Of a stretch of 64,000 nucleotides of DNA, positions 33,668-45,290 are shown one piece after another. The position numbers and the translations under genes are program-made. Under the pieces are notes generated by a model that saw only the letters and a list, made by a program, of their open reading frames with translations, did not search any database and had not been told where the DNA came from. Where the stretch lies: positions 3,744,001 through 3,808,000 of the forward strand of contig OZ250169.1 in the NCBI GenBank assembly GCA_965237955.1. The letters are read 5' to 3'. Each line of letters begins with the position of its first letter. Position 1 is the first letter of the stretch. This stretch comes from Candidatus Marinacidobacterales bacterium. GTDB taxonomy: Bacteria; Acidobacteriota; Vicinamibacteria; Marinacidobacterales; SMYC01.

Positions 33668-35775
33668 CGGAGATCGAGCCCCAAGAAGTGATGCGCGTCG
33701 CCGGGAGTCTCGACAACATCTTTCGCACGGTGCAGACGCTCCCGGGCGTGGCCGCCACCGAGGATTTCGGGAGCCGGCTGAGCGTGCGCGGGGGTGAGCC
33801 TGATCAGAACCTCACGATCATGGACGGCGTCGAAGTCTCCAACCCTTACCGCCTGTTCGGACTGACCAGTGCATTCAACCCGGAAACGGTCGAGCACTTC
33901 GAGCTCACCGCGGGTGGTTTCAGCGCCAAGTACGGCGATCGCCTGTCGTCGATTTTGATCGTGGAGAACCGTTCGGGAAACAGCGAGAGGAGTTTCTCGG
34001 GTTCGATGGCGGCAAGCATCACCGACGCCAATCTAATTCTCGAAGGCGGTCTCCCCGGAGACGGCACGAGAGGGTCGTGGCTTCTGACCGCGCGACGCAC
34101 GTACTACGACGTCATCGCTGAGCGTATCGTGGACGAGAACCTTCCCGCGTTCGGCGATCTTCAGGCGAAACTCACGGTGGGCATCGGTGCCAGCGGCACG
34201 TTGTCCATCTTTGGACTCCGCAGTCGCGAAGATATAGATCTCAGCCTCAACGACGAAGACAAACCGGAGGAGTTCGGCAACATCGTCAACGATGCCGGAA
34301 ACGATCTCGTGTCGGTCTCCTTCGATTCCCCGATGGGGCTTCGAGCCAACTCCCGAACCATCTTCTCGTGGTACCGCAACCAGGACTTCCTCGATGTCGA
34401 CGGCCAGGTTCAAAACGAATCGAAGCGCTCGAACGCCCCCGGGGACGAAGCGCTCGGCTTCAGCAGGATCATTTTCGATCGCTTTTTGTCCGTCGAGGAT
34501 CTGGCCGTTCGTCAGGAATTCTCGTTTCTCGCTTCGGACGACCACTTTCTCGAGACAGGGTTCGAGTTCCACCGTCTCGAAACGGCGCTCAGCTTCGAGG
34601 CTCTCGGGGATCGCAACACGAGCGAGGCCAATGGCTCGAGCATTCGCGGCGGCGTCGGGCTTCCCGATTCGCTCGACTCCGTTGTACCTGCGAATCGCGT
34701 AGGCGTTTGGGTTCAAGACCAGTTCGCCCTCAGCCCAGCATGGACTTTGGAGCCAGGACTCCGCTTCGATTGGAGCGAGGCCAATGGGCGGGGCACGGTG
34801 TCTCCGCGGTTCACCGCTCTCTATCGCGTCAACCCGTCCACGCGTTTGAAGGGAGCCTTTGGCCTGTACACGCAGAGCCCCGGTTACGAGAAGCTGATTC
34901 AATCGGACTTCTTCATCGACCTCAGCGACGCGAGTGCACTCGAGCTGGCGCATCAGCGATCGACGCATTTCATCCTGGGATTCGAGCGCGATCTGGGCCC
35001 GGGCGTGACCGCTCGCGTCGAAAGCTTCTACAAAACGTTCAACGACCTCATAATAGGGCGACTCGAAACGAACGAGGAACGGCTCGAGCGCATCTCTCGA
35101 TACGACTTCCCTCCCGAGCTCAGAGACAGCATTCCGACGGCGCCGATCATCACCAGCAATCCTTCGAACGACGCTCGAGGAAACGCATACGGTTTCGACG
35201 TCTATCTTTCCAAGGCGGCAACGTCGCGGGAATCGCGCCTCGCCGGCTGGCTCTCCTACACGTGGAGTCGCGGTACGCGAGATGTCTACGCGCGCGTGTA
35301 CCCGTTCGACTACGACCGGCGTCATTCGCTGAACGTCGTCGGGAGCTACCGGTTGACGCGGAAGTGGACGCTGGCCTTGACCGCGCGGATTGCGTCCGGA
35401 TTCCCGTACACGCCGCCGCTTGGCGTCCGCGTTGCCGCGGTGGAGAATCCTGAAGACCCGGAGCGGCTGATCCCGGAGACAGACGATGAATGGCGGTTGG
35501 TTTACGAAGCGGACCTCGGTGACACCAATAACTTGAACACCGGACGTGTACCCTTCTATGCGCGCTTCGACGTGCGGGCGAGCTGGCGACCCGGTGGCGA
35601 CACAGGAAACTTCGAGCTCTACTTCGAGGTGATCAACGCGTTGAATCGCGACAACGCGATCCGATTGGAGCCACGGCTCGAGTACGACCCGACATCGGAC
35701 GTTCCCAGGATCGACGAAACGCCGACGGAGGGCTTTCCCCTTTTGCCGACGTTCGGAATCCGCTGGCGCTTCTAG
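33667..35775 (+). pseudogene. TonB-dependent receptor, 5'-truncated
   Basis: Plug motifs TLPGV, VRGG..DQN and GGFSAKYGDRLSS; C-terminal aromatic end GIRWRF. No signal peptide; begins abruptly. Confidence 0.8.
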
Positions 35776-36293
35776 GGGAGACGGCCCATCGCGCGCGTCG
35801 CCAGATCGACGACCTGCTCTTCTTCGGCAGACGGCGAGCTGACTTCGAGCACTTGATCTCCGCGAAAGGCTCGCACCGTGTGCTCTTCGGCAACGTACAT
35901 CGCCCAGTCGCCGGGGACACCGTCGACGGGGTGGTACTCGTCTCGCGGGGGATCCTCGCCGCCGAACTCTTCGCCGAAATCTGTGACGAACTCGTCGAAG
36001 GAACCGAGCACCGCCCTCTCAAGGGTCAGGACCGCGACCGGGTCACCAGATTCGGCCGATGCCCATGAACACTGCCCGAGGCCTTCGTCGCCCGGCTGTG
36101 GGTCACCGGCGGTCTTTCCGAGCGCCTCTTGGATGTCGGAAGCCGTGAGGAGCGCGCACAGGTCGGCCCGCGCGTCCGCCGGCTCGCTCGACGTGTCCGT
36201 GCCGCTCGAGGAATCGCCGCCGCCACCGCATCCCGCGACCAGCGCTGCAACAGCAAGCGAGTAGAACATTCTCCGTGCGTTCCAGTGCTTCAT
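35772..36293 (-). CDS. Lipoprotein (DUF3558-like)
   Basis: LVAGC lipobox; DLCALLT...C pattern. Confidence 0.6.
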   Translation of the reverse strand: MKHWNARRMFYSLAVAALVAGCGGGGDSSSGTDTSSEPADARADLCALLTASDIQEALGKTAGDPQPGDEGLGQCSWASAESGDPVAVLTLERAVLGSFDEFVTDFGEEFGGEDPPRDEYHPVDGVPGDWAMYVAEEHTVRAFRGDQVLEVSSPSAEEEQVVDLATRAMGRLP

Positions 36294-36346
36294 CGCGGTA
36301 GCTTAGCGCGACCTCTGAATTCTTCGCAATCCGATTCGTCGTTATA

Positions 36347-37083
36347 ATGGCCCGCTGTGACGACAACATCTACTTCATCGTGAACATCGATAGCGACCCG
36401 GATCCGGAGGACACGCCCCGCAACGACGCGGCCGTCCTCGAGAAATACAGCATCATGAAATCGACCGTCGATAAGTGCGTCGACGGGAAAGGGACGATCT
36501 GCGTGCAGACGAGTCCCATGTACCGCGATCGCTTCTTCGAAGATCCGTTCATGGATTTCTGGCGCGCGTGGGACTACCGTTCGCGGCTTACAAAGGTGGG
36601 TACCAGGGTCTCACGATGGAGATCGTGACGAACGTCGGCATTCCCATCGACGTCACCTACGCACCGGGCATTGTTTGGCCCGAGAAGCTCGCGGCGTGGG
36701 GCGACGCTCCGAAGAGCGCGTACTACATGTCGTCGGAAGCTAGCGCTCGTGCTGCCGAGCGGCGCGAGGAGAGCCCTGTTTTCGAGATTCCGTTCGGGTG
36801 GGACGGACAGGACTCCGATACGCGTCGACGCCTGCTCAACCAGCACTATCTCGTGAACGAGCTCTCCAACTGTGAGGCTCCTTGTCGGGTTTGGGACACG
36901 GTCGTGGAGCGCGGTGCGCGCTTGGGTGAATCTCAAATCGTGGGAATTCTTTGCCATACCTACGCGATGCAGAACGCAAAGCTGAGCCGGCGGTGCCGCG
37001 ACATCTTGACGTACATGCGCGCGCACGATGGTAGGCCGGTGACCGCGACCGAAGCCAAAGCAATCTACGACGAGGCCTATTAA
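36347..37083 (+). pseudogene. Polysaccharide deacetylase-like hypothetical protein with internal deletion and frameshift
   Basis: N-terminal NIDSDP and C-terminal ILCHTY fragments lie in different frames, joined near 36575. Confidence 0.45.
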
Positions 37084-38225
37084 AACTCGGTGCTTTCGTG
37101 CGGATACTCGCGGCCGCGCCAGCGGACGACGCCGTCCCTGCGGGTCATGCGCAGCGAACGCAGCACGATGATAAGCGTCACGATGGTGGCGAGCGGTGAG
37201 AAGACGATCGACCAGAGCGGAAAGTCCAGACGTAGGTGAACCAGCGCGCGGCTGACGATTACAAGCGCTAGGCTTGCAAAAACGGCGCCCACCGCTCCGG
37301 TGAAAGCACTCGCTGGCGATAAGAGTGCCAGCACCGGCCACAGGAACGGTGTAAGCCCGATCCACAGACTGACGAGGACGGCAACGACAGGTTTTAGGAT
37401 CGAGCGTCCGAAGCCGGCGTGCGCGTTCTTCGTAAAACCCTCGATGAACTCATCGAGGCCGTGGTACATCCGGAGACGCAGTCGATGCATGCCTAGCCGC
37501 GCACGACTCTCGAAGCCCGCGGCCTTGAGCTCCATCGCGAGTCGCACGTCGTCGACCACCGAGCTCTTGATGTGGTCGTGCCCGCCCATGGATTCGTAGG
37601 CTTCACGTCTTACCAGCCCGAACGCGCCTCCGCCCGCCGCCATGCGCGTGCCGGAGAGGAACGTGAGGAACGACGGGATGTAGACGAAGGCGACGATCGG
37701 GATCACGGGCATGAGGAGCCCCTCCCAAAAGCCCTCGCGCTCGAGATGCGGCAGGAGCGCCAGGTGATCCCAGCCACCTCGCTCGCACGCGGCGACCGCA
37801 TCACGAAGCGCCTGCGGGTGCAGCTCGACGTCGGCATCCATGAAGAGAATCCACTTCCCGCTCGCTTTGGCCGCGCCGGTCGCGAGCGCGTTCGGCTTCC
37901 CGAGCCAACCTGGCACGAGGGGTCGTGAGCTAACCGGAACGAGTCGAGGATCGGACGAGCGATGAGCGATCTCTTCCGCGGTACCGTCGGTGGACTCGTC
38001 GTCAACCACGATGACTTCGAAATCGGGATAGTCCTGGCGAAGAGCCGCATCGATGGTCCGCCCGACAGAGCGCTCTTCGTTGCGCGCCGGGATGACAATC
38101 GAAACGCGCGACGTGGGCTCGTCGGTTGCTTTCGTGAGCGATCGAAATACGAGGAGATTGATGACGGTCTGAACCGTCAGAAGGCACCAGACGACGAGGA
38201 GCAGCGTCGCCAGCACATCGAGCAT
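37080..38225 (-). CDS. GT2 family glycosyltransferase (HpnB/CrtQ-like)
   Basis: IPARNEE, VDDESTDGT, GWLGKP, FMDAD and WRGR motifs. Confidence 0.88.
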   Translation of the reverse strand: MLDVLATLLLVVWCLLTVQTVINLLVFRSLTKATDEPTSRVSIVIPARNEERSVGRTIDAALRQDYPDFEVIVVDDESTDGTAEEIAHRSSDPRLVPVSSRPLVPGWLGKPNALATGAAKASGKWILFMDADVELHPQALRDAVAACERGGWDHLALLPHLEREGFWEGLLMPVIPIVAFVYIPSFLTFLSGTRMAAGGGAFGLVRREAYESMGGHDHIKSSVVDDVRLAMELKAAGFESRARLGMHRLRLRMYHGLDEFIEGFTKNAHAGFGRSILKPVVAVLVSLWIGLTPFLWPVLALLSPASAFTGAVGAVFASLALVIVSRALVHLRLDFPLWSIVFSPLATIVTLIIVLRSLRMTRRDGVVRWRGREYPHESTEF

Positions 38226-38324
38226 CTCTTTCAGTGTACACCCCGCGTCTGGATCTCCGAGACTTCCGGGACGAGGTGCAGCCCCAGATCGACCCTAAAT
38301 ATCTATAAAACAACGACTTTTCGC

Positions 38325-38353
38325 TTGACATACTCCCACAACTACACTATAGT
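38325..38353 (+). promoter_or_regulatory. Sigma70-like promoter of the HNH gene
   Basis: TTGACA-17 bp-TATAGT, then a 5' UTR stem AGGAGAGC/GCTCTCCT and AGGAGG RBS. Confidence 0.65.
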
Positions 38354-38434
38354 TTCACCTCAGGAGAGCGGTCCCCCAACCGAACATCCTAACGCGATTG
38401 CTCTCCTCCCGAATTCACTTCACAGGAGGACTCT

Positions 38435-39682
38435 ATGTTGGTTCTGACTTCAGACGTCGGGCTCGAGCCCGGCCTTCCCGTCGATCAAATCGAATCCAGG
38501 CTCATCGATGCGGCCAGGCGGCATCATCTCGAGGAGCGGAACATCGCGTATTGGTTGCTCGAGCTCGACCGGCGGCGGTTGTATCAAGCGCGTGGGTTTT
38601 CGTCGACCGGCGACTATGCGATGGAGCTCGTCGGGATCAAGCCGCGCAAGGCGCAGTACCTGGTTTTCATCGCCAGCCGTCTCGAGAAACTACCGACCAT
38701 ACGGGAAGCTTTCGATAGCGGGACATTGACCTGGACCAAGGCGAGGGAGATCGTTTCCGTCGCGACTCCGGAAACGGAAGCGGAGTGGCTCGGAAAGGCC
38801 AAGGTTCTTACGAACCGGGACCTCGAAAAAGAAGTGCGCCGCCATGATGGAAGAGGCTCGGGCGCTTTCGCCACGGTCACGATCTCGATGCCGGTCGAAG
38901 TGTTGGAAATGTGGAACGACACCTACGAGCTCGCCGAGAGTTTGAGCGGGACCGCGCTCGAGAAGTGGCAGGTGCTCGAGCCGTCGCTGGCGGAGTTTCT
39001 CGGCACCCATCTTCCCGCTGCGTATGGGAACGGTCCGAGCCCGTCCGAGATGCCTGAGACGGATGACGAGAAGAGACTGCCTGAGTCGGTGCACAACGCT
39101 GTCCTCGATCGCGATCAGTGGCAGTGCTCCTTTCCCGGCTGCACGATGCGAAAGACGCTCGAAGTGCACCACATCGTGTTTCGGAGTCGCGGCGGGAGCG
39201 ACGAGCCGGGAAATCTCATCTGCTTGTGCCGTATGCATCATGCGCTCGTTCACCGGGGCATTTGCTCGATATCGGGCACTGTTGGCGTGGATCTGACGTT
39301 CGAGCGACCGCGGCTAGTCAACGAGACGGAGCCAAAGCCCTCGGAGCCTGTGGTGCTCGGCGATCCCCCCGAGGAAGCGAAGGAGGAAGCGGCGAGTGTG
39401 TACGACGAGATCGTGGGGTTCTTCGATAGCCATCCCTCCTCTTCGAAGCCTCCCAAGAAAGAATTCCGCGATCCGCTCGCGATGTGGGCCGCGGAGCAGG
39501 AAGCTTTCGAGCTGGCGCGACTTAGGAAACTGCGATCAGGACATTCCCATTCTCCTGACCCAGGCCCCGGCGCACACATGTGCGCGGAGCTCGTGAGTAC
39601 CGACTGCAGCGCTGAAGGACCTCGAAGTCCAAGATCCGAGGCCATCGGGAGGCCCGCCTGGGGGGTAATCTGCTATAACTGA
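38435..39682 (+). CDS. HNH endonuclease with DUF222-like N-terminus
   Basis: RDQWQCSFPGC...HHIVFRSRGG..NLICLCRMHHALVH; N-terminal GFSS..YA and LTWTKAREI segments. Confidence 0.85.
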   Translation: MLVLTSDVGLEPGLPVDQIESRLIDAARRHHLEERNIAYWLLELDRRRLYQARGFSSTGDYAMELVGIKPRKAQYLVFIASRLEKLPTIREAFDSGTLTWTKAREIVSVATPETEAEWLGKAKVLTNRDLEKEVRRHDGRGSGAFATVTISMPVEVLEMWNDTYELAESLSGTALEKWQVLEPSLAEFLGTHLPAAYGNGPSPSEMPETDDEKRLPESVHNAVLDRDQWQCSFPGCTMRKTLEVHHIVFRSRGGSDEPGNLICLCRMHHALVHRGICSISGTVGVDLTFERPRLVNETEPKPSEPVVLGDPPEEAKEEAASVYDEIVGFFDSHPSSSKPPKKEFRDPLAMWAAEQEAFELARLRKLRSGHSHSPDPGPGAHMCAELVSTDCSAEGPRSPRSEAIGRPAWGVICYN

Positions 39683-39688
39683 CTACCG

Positions 39689-42411
39689 ATGGTGCTCTCA
39701 TCCGGTAGTCGCCTGGGGAACTACGAGATTCTCGAGCCGCTCGGTGCCGGCGGGATGGGAGAAGTCTATCGCGCCCGCGACCGCAAGCTCGATCGAGACG
39801 TCGCGCTCAAGGTTCTGCCCGACGAGTTCGCCTCCGATCGCGATCGGATGGCGCGTTTCGAGCGCGAGGCGAAAGTGTTGGCGTCGCTCAACCATCATCA
39901 CATCGCGTCCATTCACGGGCTCGAAGAAGCCGGCTCGATGCGGGCCCTCGTGATGGAAGTCGTTGAAGGCCCGACGCTGGCGGAGCGGATCGAACATATC
40001 GAACGGGGGTCGATTCCAATCGACGAGGCGGTTACGATCGCCAAGCAGATCGCCGAAGCGCTCGAGTACGCGCACGAACGCTCGATCATTCATCGCGATT
40101 TGAAGCCCGCCAACGTGAAGTTGACCGAAGAGGGCGACGTCAAGCTCCTGGACTTCGGGCTCGCGAAAGCGCTCGAGGGCGACACCGGCAAAGCGCAAGA
40201 CGACTCCCACTCCCCTACTCTAACCCGGGGGGCCGGGGGGGCCCGGGGGGCCCGAGCCACCGAGCCGGCGTTCTCCTGGGGACGGCGGGATACATGTCTC
40301 CAGAGCAAGCCAAAGGAAAACCCGTCGATCGTCGCGCCGATATCTGGGCGTTCGGCGTCGTGTTGTTCGAGATGCTCACCGGCCGGCGTCTGTTCGCGGG
40401 CGAGACCGCATCGGAGACGCTCGCGTTCGTCATGACGAAGGAGCCGAGCTTCGAGGTGTTGCCGTCCGGTACGCCGGCGGCCGTTCGCGAATTGTTGCGT
40501 CGCTGTTTGACGAAGGATCCGCGAATGCGCCTGCAGGCCATCGGTGAAGCGCGCGTCGCGCTGTCAGTGCCGGCTGAGGAAGCCAACGAGGTCACCCCCG
40601 CGCGTCGCGCGAGATTTCTGCCTTGGATCGTCGCCGCTCTTTGTGCAGGCGTCGCCATCGTTGCGCTATTGCCGCGAGCCGAGAAGCTCGAAGCCCCCGT
40701 GCGCTTGAATGTCGAGCTCGGCGCCGGCCTTTCCCTGGATTGGTCGCAAGGCGCGGCGGCGGTTCTCTCGCCCGATGGGTCCACGCTCGCGTTCGTGGCC
40801 GGAGAGGGCGGAGAGCAATCGTCGAAGCTCTTCGTGCGCCGGCTCGATCAACAACAGGCGACACCGCTAGCCGGCACAGAGAGTGCCGAAGGTCCGTTCT
40901 TTTCACCCGATGGAGATTGGATAGGTTTTTTCGTTGGCGACTCCATGAGAAAGATCCAGGTCACCGGGGGCGCCTCGATGACGCTCGCCGATGTCCGGCG
41001 TCCGCGCAGCGCCTGGTGGGGCGACAACGGCTTGATCGCTCTCGCACCGGAGGTTGTCGGCGGTCTCATGAAAGTCTCGGCATCAGGCGGAGAGCTCGAG
41101 CCTCTGACCGAGCTCGACGAAACCGAGCACGAGATCACGCACCGCTGGCCGCAGATCCTTCCAGGGGGCGAGGTCGTCCTGTTCACCGCCGCAGCCACAG
41201 GAGGAGACTATAGCAACGCCAGTATCATCGTCGCTCTGTCGCTCAAGACCGGAGAACGTCAGATCGTTCATCGAGGAGGGTTCCACGCAAGGTATCTTCC
41301 GAGCGGGCACATTGTCTATATGCACGATACGACGCTCTACGCGGCACGCTTCGATCCGGAGCAGCTCGCGATCACGGGTGAGCGGCTCCCGGTCGTCGAA
41401 GGGGTCGTTTCCAGCACCACGGGCGGAGCTCAGTTTGCTGTTTCCGAAACCGGGACGCTCGTGTATTCGCATGGCGCCGCCGCGGGTGGTGTCACGATTC
41501 AGTGGATGCAACGCGATGGAAGTTTCGAGCCTCTGAGAGATACGGCCGCGATCTACCGTGCGCTACAGTTCTCGCCAGACGGCAGTCGACTGGCGCTCTC
41601 CGTCCTCGACCAGCTAACGGATATCTGGGTGTACGAGCTGCAACGAGGGACGATGTCACGGCTGACGTTCCACGAGGCGCGGGACTACAGGCCTATCTGG
41701 ACGTCGGATGGCAAGCGAATCGTGTTCGGTTCCACCCGAAACGAAAAGAGCGGCTCCGGTGATATCTACTGGAAGGCCGCGGACGGCACGGGGGATGCGC
41801 GACCACTACTCGAAAGCGAGCACGGCATCCTCCCAAATGCCTGGCATCCTGGTGGCGACCTTCTCGCGTACACCGTGTTCAATCCAGAGGGCGAGGACAT
41901 CTTCATCGTGCCTGTCCAAGACGACGAGTCCGAGGGTCTCAGGGCCGGCGAGCCCGAACCTTTCTTGACGGGCCCTTTCAACGAGGTAGAGGCGCGATTC
42001 TCCCCCGACGGGCACTTCATCTCCTACGCGTCCAACGAGTCGGGACGGTTCGAAGTCTACGTCAGGCCTTTTCCGGGTTCGGGCGGACGGTGGCAGATCT
42101 CGACCGCCGGCGGATACTCCCCCGAGTGGTCGCCGAACGGACGAGAGCTCTTCTACCGAGGAACCGGCTCGACGCGGCAGATGATGGTCGTTGGCTACTC
42201 GGTCGACGGTGACACCTTCATCCCCGAAACACCGGCACCGTGGTCGGACGGACGCTTTGTCCGGCGAGGCGCCACTCGCACTTTCTCGCTTCATCCCGAC
42301 GGCGATCGTTTCGCCGTCTTCAAAGCGCAAGAAGACATCACCGATAGCGACCACGTCACGTTCGTTTTCAACTTTTTCGACGAGCTCGAGCGCTTGGCGC
42401 CTGCGCGCTAG
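39689..42411 (+). pseudogene. Ser/Thr kinase with TolB/PD40 beta-propeller, frameshifted near 40225-40270
   Basis: Kinase N-part in ORF 39689; GVLLGTAGYMSPEQ and SPDG repeats in the -1 frame. Confidence 0.85.
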
Positions 42412-43204
42412 TCAGCAAGCAGCTTCTTGGCTTCCTTCGCCGCTTGCCGGTGGGTCGCGAACCACACGTTCCCCTTGGACTGCATGTGCCCAATTAACTC
42501 GCGGAGAACAACGATGCGAGAAACCGGTCTTCTCTTCGTAGGCCGCATCGAACTCGTCAGTGAGAGTCCGCAACCACTCGCGCGGCGACGTGTAGTTCTC
42601 GCCTCGCGGGTCGAGGACCGTCGCGTCGTCGGCCATGAGCGAGCTGCCGTAGAGGAAATCGAGTTGCTCGAGGATTGCAAACGTGTGCGCGTGGAGGTCG
42701 TACGCCGGAGCGCGGTAGCCCACGGGACGAGTGCCGGCCGTGCCAGATTGTTCCGTGAGGACGTTGAGCGAGCGCTCCATCAAGGACAGTTCTTCATCGG
42801 GCTCGCGGAGCCACGACGGGTGTTCGTGGATCCATCCGTGGATGCCAAATCTCGTGGTCTTGGTTGGATTGGATCGTTTCGACGATGGTCAGGTGGAGCA
42901 GCGCGGAGACCGCGGGAATGAAGAAGCTCGCCGGGATTTCGAAATCGGCGAGCAGGTCGATGACGTGGCCCAAGCCGACGCGCGCTCCGTACTCGCCTCG
43001 GGACAACTCGCTCACCGATGGGCGACCACCATCCATGAGCTCCCATGTTTAGGTATCGACGTCGAACGAGAGGAGCACGGCGACCCGGCTTTGGTTGGGC
43101 CACGATTCCGGTACCAGAGTTTTCCTGGCGGATATCTCGGACGCGATCAAGCGCAGCGCCTCGTCTGAGATCCTCCACCCTGGCATTTTCTGGCTCTCCG
43201 TCAT
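42412..43204 (-). pseudogene. Polysaccharide deacetylase family protein, degraded
   Basis: WPNQSRVAVLLSFDVD followed by an in-frame TAA, then GEYGARVG and GYRAP in changing frames. Confidence 0.8.
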
Positions 43205-44392
43205 GCACTCGCGAAACGTTCATAGCGGTAGTGCTTCAAGAGCTCCACGTCGACCCGGTCGAGGATCTCGATGGAGGCGAGCCGCCCCACCACGGGACAA
43301 AGCGTCACCCCGCTGTGCATGACCGCGAGATACAACTCCGGAGCTCCCTCGGGAAAGCCAAGAATCGGGTGGCCGTCTTTCGGGAGCGGCCGAAAGCCGA
43401 GCGTCACCCGCTCGAGCTCCAGCTTCTCGAGCGCGGGTAGATACGTCTTCCCCGACGCAAGAATCTTCTCCCCTTCTTCATCCGAAGCCTCTTTCACCGG
43501 CGTGGCACCGAATCCCATCCCCGCCACGAGCCGCCCATCGAGTTTCTGTTTCATATGCGCGCCCGGCGAGAGCACCACACGTTCGATCAGACGCTCGGAC
43601 GGCTTTGTGTGCGCGAGCACACCGCGCGACCCGATGAGCGGTACGTTGAGCCCCGCCATCGCCGCAAGCTTGGGCGTATCGACGCCGGCGGCAACGACGA
43701 GCACGTCGAGCTCGAAGTCTCCCTTGGTCGTCTTCACCCCGCGTAGCCGTCCCCACCGCAGATCGATCTCACGGACCCCGCACGGATACTCGACCCGAGC
43801 GCCCTCAGCCTTCGCGTGCTCGATCAGGACTTCCGTCGTTCGAACCGGATCGATGCTCCCTTCTTCTTCGCTGAAGTACGCCGCCGACACCGGACCCGGC
43901 ACGACGTTCTTCTCGAGCTTCTAAAATTCCTCCTCGTCAATGAGCCGCGCCGGATAGCCCCAGCGTTGGCTCTGCGCCACCCGCTCGCGTATCCCCCCCC
44001 CGCGCCCGGCCCGGATCCGCCGTCCAATCGAGGCTCCCGCCCCACTGGACTTTCAAATCGCCCCCGAGCTCTCGCTCCAAGTGCCGATACCCAAGCCCAC
44101 CCAGCCGGCTCAGGTGATGGTAATGAAACGGCCTCTTCCAAGAGGACGCGTTAATCCAGGCAAACGAGTTTTGGGTTGCCCCGGCCGCGGGCTTCGACTT
44201 CTCGAACAGAGTCACGTCCGCCCCACGCCGGGCCAGGTGATACGCGATGGAGCCTCCCAGGATTCCGCCACCAATTATGCCGATGCGCTGCGGCGCCCGA
44301 GTGGCAAGGACCTGCCTTGCACCTGGCAGTGCGGCGACCGCAAGCCCTGAGAACAAACGAAAGAAGCGCCTTCGGTCCAAATCCATTGCCAT
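43201..44392 (-). pseudogene. FAD-dependent oxidoreductase (DadA-like, Tat signal), frameshifted
   Basis: RRRFF signal, GGGILG and GATQNSFAW; C-part RPLPKDG and HSGVTL in another frame. Confidence 0.8.
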
Positions 44393-44550
44393 CACAGGAC
44401 TCCCTCGGAGTAGGCTCGGAGTAGGCTTCATACCACGCACACGTGCGGCGACGCCATCATGGAAAAATGGCTTAGAGATGGAGGACGGCCTTTACCAGGC
44501 TGTCCCTCCGCCGTTACCGGCGGAGGGGACCCGAATGCAGCGTGGCGTTC

Positions 44551-45057
44551 TTACCCTTCTTCGACGGTAATGGTAATGGTCTGGCAGAGGCCGGGTTCCT
44601 CCGTCGTCACGTGCTCGCCGTCGCCAATCTGAATCGTCAGCGTCTGCTCACCGGCAGGCAGCTGCATCTCGATCGTTGCCGAGCCATCACCGAAATGGAC
44701 CCACGGATCCGCTTCCGGAATGGCCTCGCCCGGCGGAAGGCAGTCGGTGTTGATGGCGATGTGATGGTGTCCGGCGCCTGCGTGAACGTCACCCTTGGGC
44801 TCGATCGTGTAATTTTCATGGCCGAACGTGAACGTCACCGGTGACGTCACCGTAGCGCCGTCGGACGGCTCGATGAAGAACACTCGCGGGGCGTCCGAGC
44901 TTTCCTCCTCGGCGGCGGCTTCCTCAATGGTTTCGGGCTCAGCGGCTTCCTCTCCCGAGTCGCCGCCTCCGCCACACGCGATGGCTAGCGCAAGCACCAT
45001 CAGGAAAAACAGAACTGCGATAAAGCCCCTTGGATTTTCGGTGCGGGCGTATTTCAT
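44551..45057 (-). CDS. DUF4399-like lipoprotein
   Basis: VFFIEP.DG, GHHH, HFGDG and GDGEH motifs; AIAC lipobox. Confidence 0.78.
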   Translation of the reverse strand: MKYARTENPRGFIAVLFFLMVLALAIACGGGGDSGEEAAEPETIEEAAAEEESSDAPRVFFIEPSDGATVTSPVTFTFGHENYTIEPKGDVHAGAGHHHIAINTDCLPPGEAIPEADPWVHFGDGSATIEMQLPAGEQTLTIQIGDGEHVTTEEPGLCQTITITVEEG

Positions 45058-45290
45058 TTCGGAATCTCCTCGTCGTCTGATGATTCAGTGTGGTTCCGCA
45101 AACTCGGGCTCGACCGCGTCAACACTTTTGACAAGAACCTCAGACCAATAATGACTGGTCCTTTTCGTGCACGCGGTGCCCTCCGTGCGGTTTGCAACAA
45201 GCGTGTGATGCTAGAGCAAAGCCGACGAGGATGCAAACCGGGCCTCGCGGGGTAGAATGCCGGGCACCGGGAACGGAAGGAGACGATCTC

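Noticed and set aside
28952-33691. Long plus-strand ORFs opposite the C25 genes
   Set aside because: Antisense shadows typical of high-GC coding DNA, with no recognisable motifs.
43049-43051. In-frame stop in the deacetylase as recoding
   Set aside because: It is TAA, and the gene has several further frameshifts, so it is a pseudogene.
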